From Octopus vulgaris (Eukaryota): a DNA stretch of 64,000 nt. Positions 62,257 through 64,000 of this stretch are shown here, one piece after another; position 1 is the stretch's first letter, and every line of letters starts with the position of its first letter. The position numbers were made by a program, and so were the translations under genes. The notes beneath the pieces were generated by a model. The model was not told the origin of the DNA. It was given only the letters and a program-made list of their open reading frames with translations, and searched no databases. The stretch is from contig OX597824.1 of the NCBI GenBank assembly GCA_951406725.2, positions 52,948,001 to 53,012,000 of the forward strand, given 5' to 3'.

Positions 62257-62335
62257 GGGCATATGGCGTAGTAGTTAAGAGAACGGGCTACTAAACCCAA
62301 GATTCCGAGTTCGATTCCATGCAGTGACCAGAATA
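62257..62335 (+). mobile_element. tRNA-derived short SINE head followed by (AAT)n
   Basis: A box tggcgtagtagtt, B box gagttcgattcc; no clean acceptor stem. Confidence 0.55.
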
Positions 62336-62346
62336 ATAATAATAAC

Positions 62347-62382
<36 letters not shown>

Positions 62383-63004
62383 TATACGAACAGTGGCTCT
62401 CATGGCTTCTGATTTAAACTGATTGGAAGTGTTATCATGTACATTGTTTTGTCTTGGTATAAAAGATGGGCTACAGCAAATATTCTGCTCAATACCATAG
62501 ATTTGCTTGTCAGTTGTTTGACCTTAACCAGCTGAGCATATCCCTTAGTGGCTGACGATTTGTGCATCTCTGATCACAAGCAGAAGTAGTGGGGGAGCAT
62601 CATAGCCCTGTGTTGAAAGGAATTCTTAGAGGTTTGGATAATTCACCTTTGGAAACATGGGTAGTTCGTTCAACATCCTTAAACAATCCTTATTCAGGGA
62701 GCTTTTGAGCAGGATGGGCTACTCGATCAGAAGAAAATTCTAACTGGGCCCCACCTGCAAGGTCAAGCGCTGTTTATCTTGATATGAGATCACCATTCGC
62801 GCACATATAGTTGTGATGCATGTGCCTGGTGTACCCATAGACAGGTAGTCATGATGGGTATTCTGGGCTTCATATGGTTTACCCCAGTGTCACTTTGATG
62901 ACATGCACTGCTCTCTCTCACTCAATAAGAAGAAGAAGAAACAGAAGAAGAAGAAGAAGAAGAAGAAGAAGAAGAAGAAGAAGAAGAAGAAGAAGAAGAA
63001 GAAG

Positions 63005-63128
63005 AAAAATACCTTAGGAATGAGGACCCAGGTTCGAAATTTTCTCAGGACACGGGATGAAGGCTGGAGAGTATATCAGCCGAAAAGTTGAGGACAAATA
63101 TCCGTCAATTGTAAATAATGTAAATAAT
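63005..63128 (+). mobile_element. PLE-terminus-like fragment with a mutated HHR
   Basis: gGAUGA-aGGCUG...CAGCC-GAAA; the core 5' side and stem III are damaged. Confidence 0.4.
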
Positions 63129-63789
63129 CTATATATTTAGAGTATAAAAACACAAGATTGATAAGCAACTTATCAATTTTACCAAGAAGCCTATAAATTA
63201 TCCAGTCTGTCATATGTTTCAATATTACTGTTAACTTGAATAGAAAGACAAGGTCATTTCTGAGAGTATTAAAACAAAGGTTTTTAATTCATTTAAATTA
63301 GAATATTAGATTAATTATACTTTCATTATAAATACGTAATTAAAAGAAAATGTTGCATAAAATCAGCAAATCATCTAACCGTGATAAAATCCATATTACC
63401 ATCTTTTATCAAGATCTTAGCTAATAACTAATAGCAAATTCATAGCACGATTAATTAAGAGCGATTTCTCTGGATGCTTATGTTGATTTCCGTATAAAGA
63501 AAAGATTCGATTTCGGTATTGAGATCATCAAAACTTAATGAATTAGTGTAATAAATAACATCAACAGTATATCACAATGATCCAGTTAGATAACTCGTAG
63601 TCCTCTAGTCACAAATAACGATTGAACTACTCATTAGTAGATGTCTTGTGTGATACTTTGGCTAAATCACTGAACTTATTCCTATCAAGCCTAACAGGAA
63701 AACAAGAGAAAGGCGTTTAGAGAAATGAATGGTAAGGGTAAAGTATTGATACATTAGTAGCAGATTCATAAGGGAAAATTCAACATATC

Positions 63790-64000
63790 GATGTTTAAAG
63801 ACATGATGCACCACATATGATATTTTGTTGATGTTGCATGCCCCTTTGACCACGAATAGTCAAGAAGGAAGTTGAAACAATTGATAAGTACAAGATTCTT
63901 AAGTACGAAATAGCCCGGCTATGGAAAATGAAGAAGGTGAAGATAATGCCAATTATAGTTGGGTCCTTGGGAACAGTATCAGAAAATATCAAGGTGGGTA
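63790..64000 (+). mobile_element. Restriction-like endonuclease (RLE) domain fragment of an R4/Dong-like non-LTR retrotransposon
   Basis: RHD, then VDVACPFD, then (frameshifted) KKEVETIDKYKILKYEIARLWKMKKVKIMPIIVGSLGTV; runs off the window end. Confidence 0.75.

Noticed and set aside
62257-62335. tRNA gene
   Set aside because: A and B boxes are present, but there is no proper acceptor stem or T-run terminator; the (AAT)n tail indicates a SINE.
62388-62927. Complex ~540-bp segment between (AAT)n and (AAG)n
   Set aside because: Probably an interspersed repeat, but single-copy in this window with no ORF or termini I can support.

Overview
AT-rich, microsatellite-saturated eukaryotic DNA with no recognisable host gene. 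The tRNA-derived SINEs resemble those described from Octopus, so a cephalopod origin is an inference. The window is almost entirely mobile elements. These include mariner/Tc1, hAT and Chapaev3-like DNA transposon remnants, a composite Helitron, several Penelope-like elements (PLEs), a nearly intact CR1-type LINE, Tx1, RTE and RLE-type LINE fragments, and at least three SINE families. Two systems stand out. (1) Non-coding, hammerhead-ribozyme (HHR) elements sit in (TA)n tracts: a near-perfect 565-bp tandem array with one type-I HHR per monomer plus an inverted partial copy (33.35-36.06 kb), a diverged ~560-bp relative whose HHR covaries, and a ~950-bp segment with HHRs on both strands. These look like retrozymes. 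(2) Three diverged, full-length ~2.1-2.2 kb elements encoding only a Tx1/L1-type ORF1 protein lie head to tail at one site inside a SINE head, separated by copies of the same target motif (50.6-57.1 kb). All structures and family assignments were made by eye; no searches or folding programs were run.
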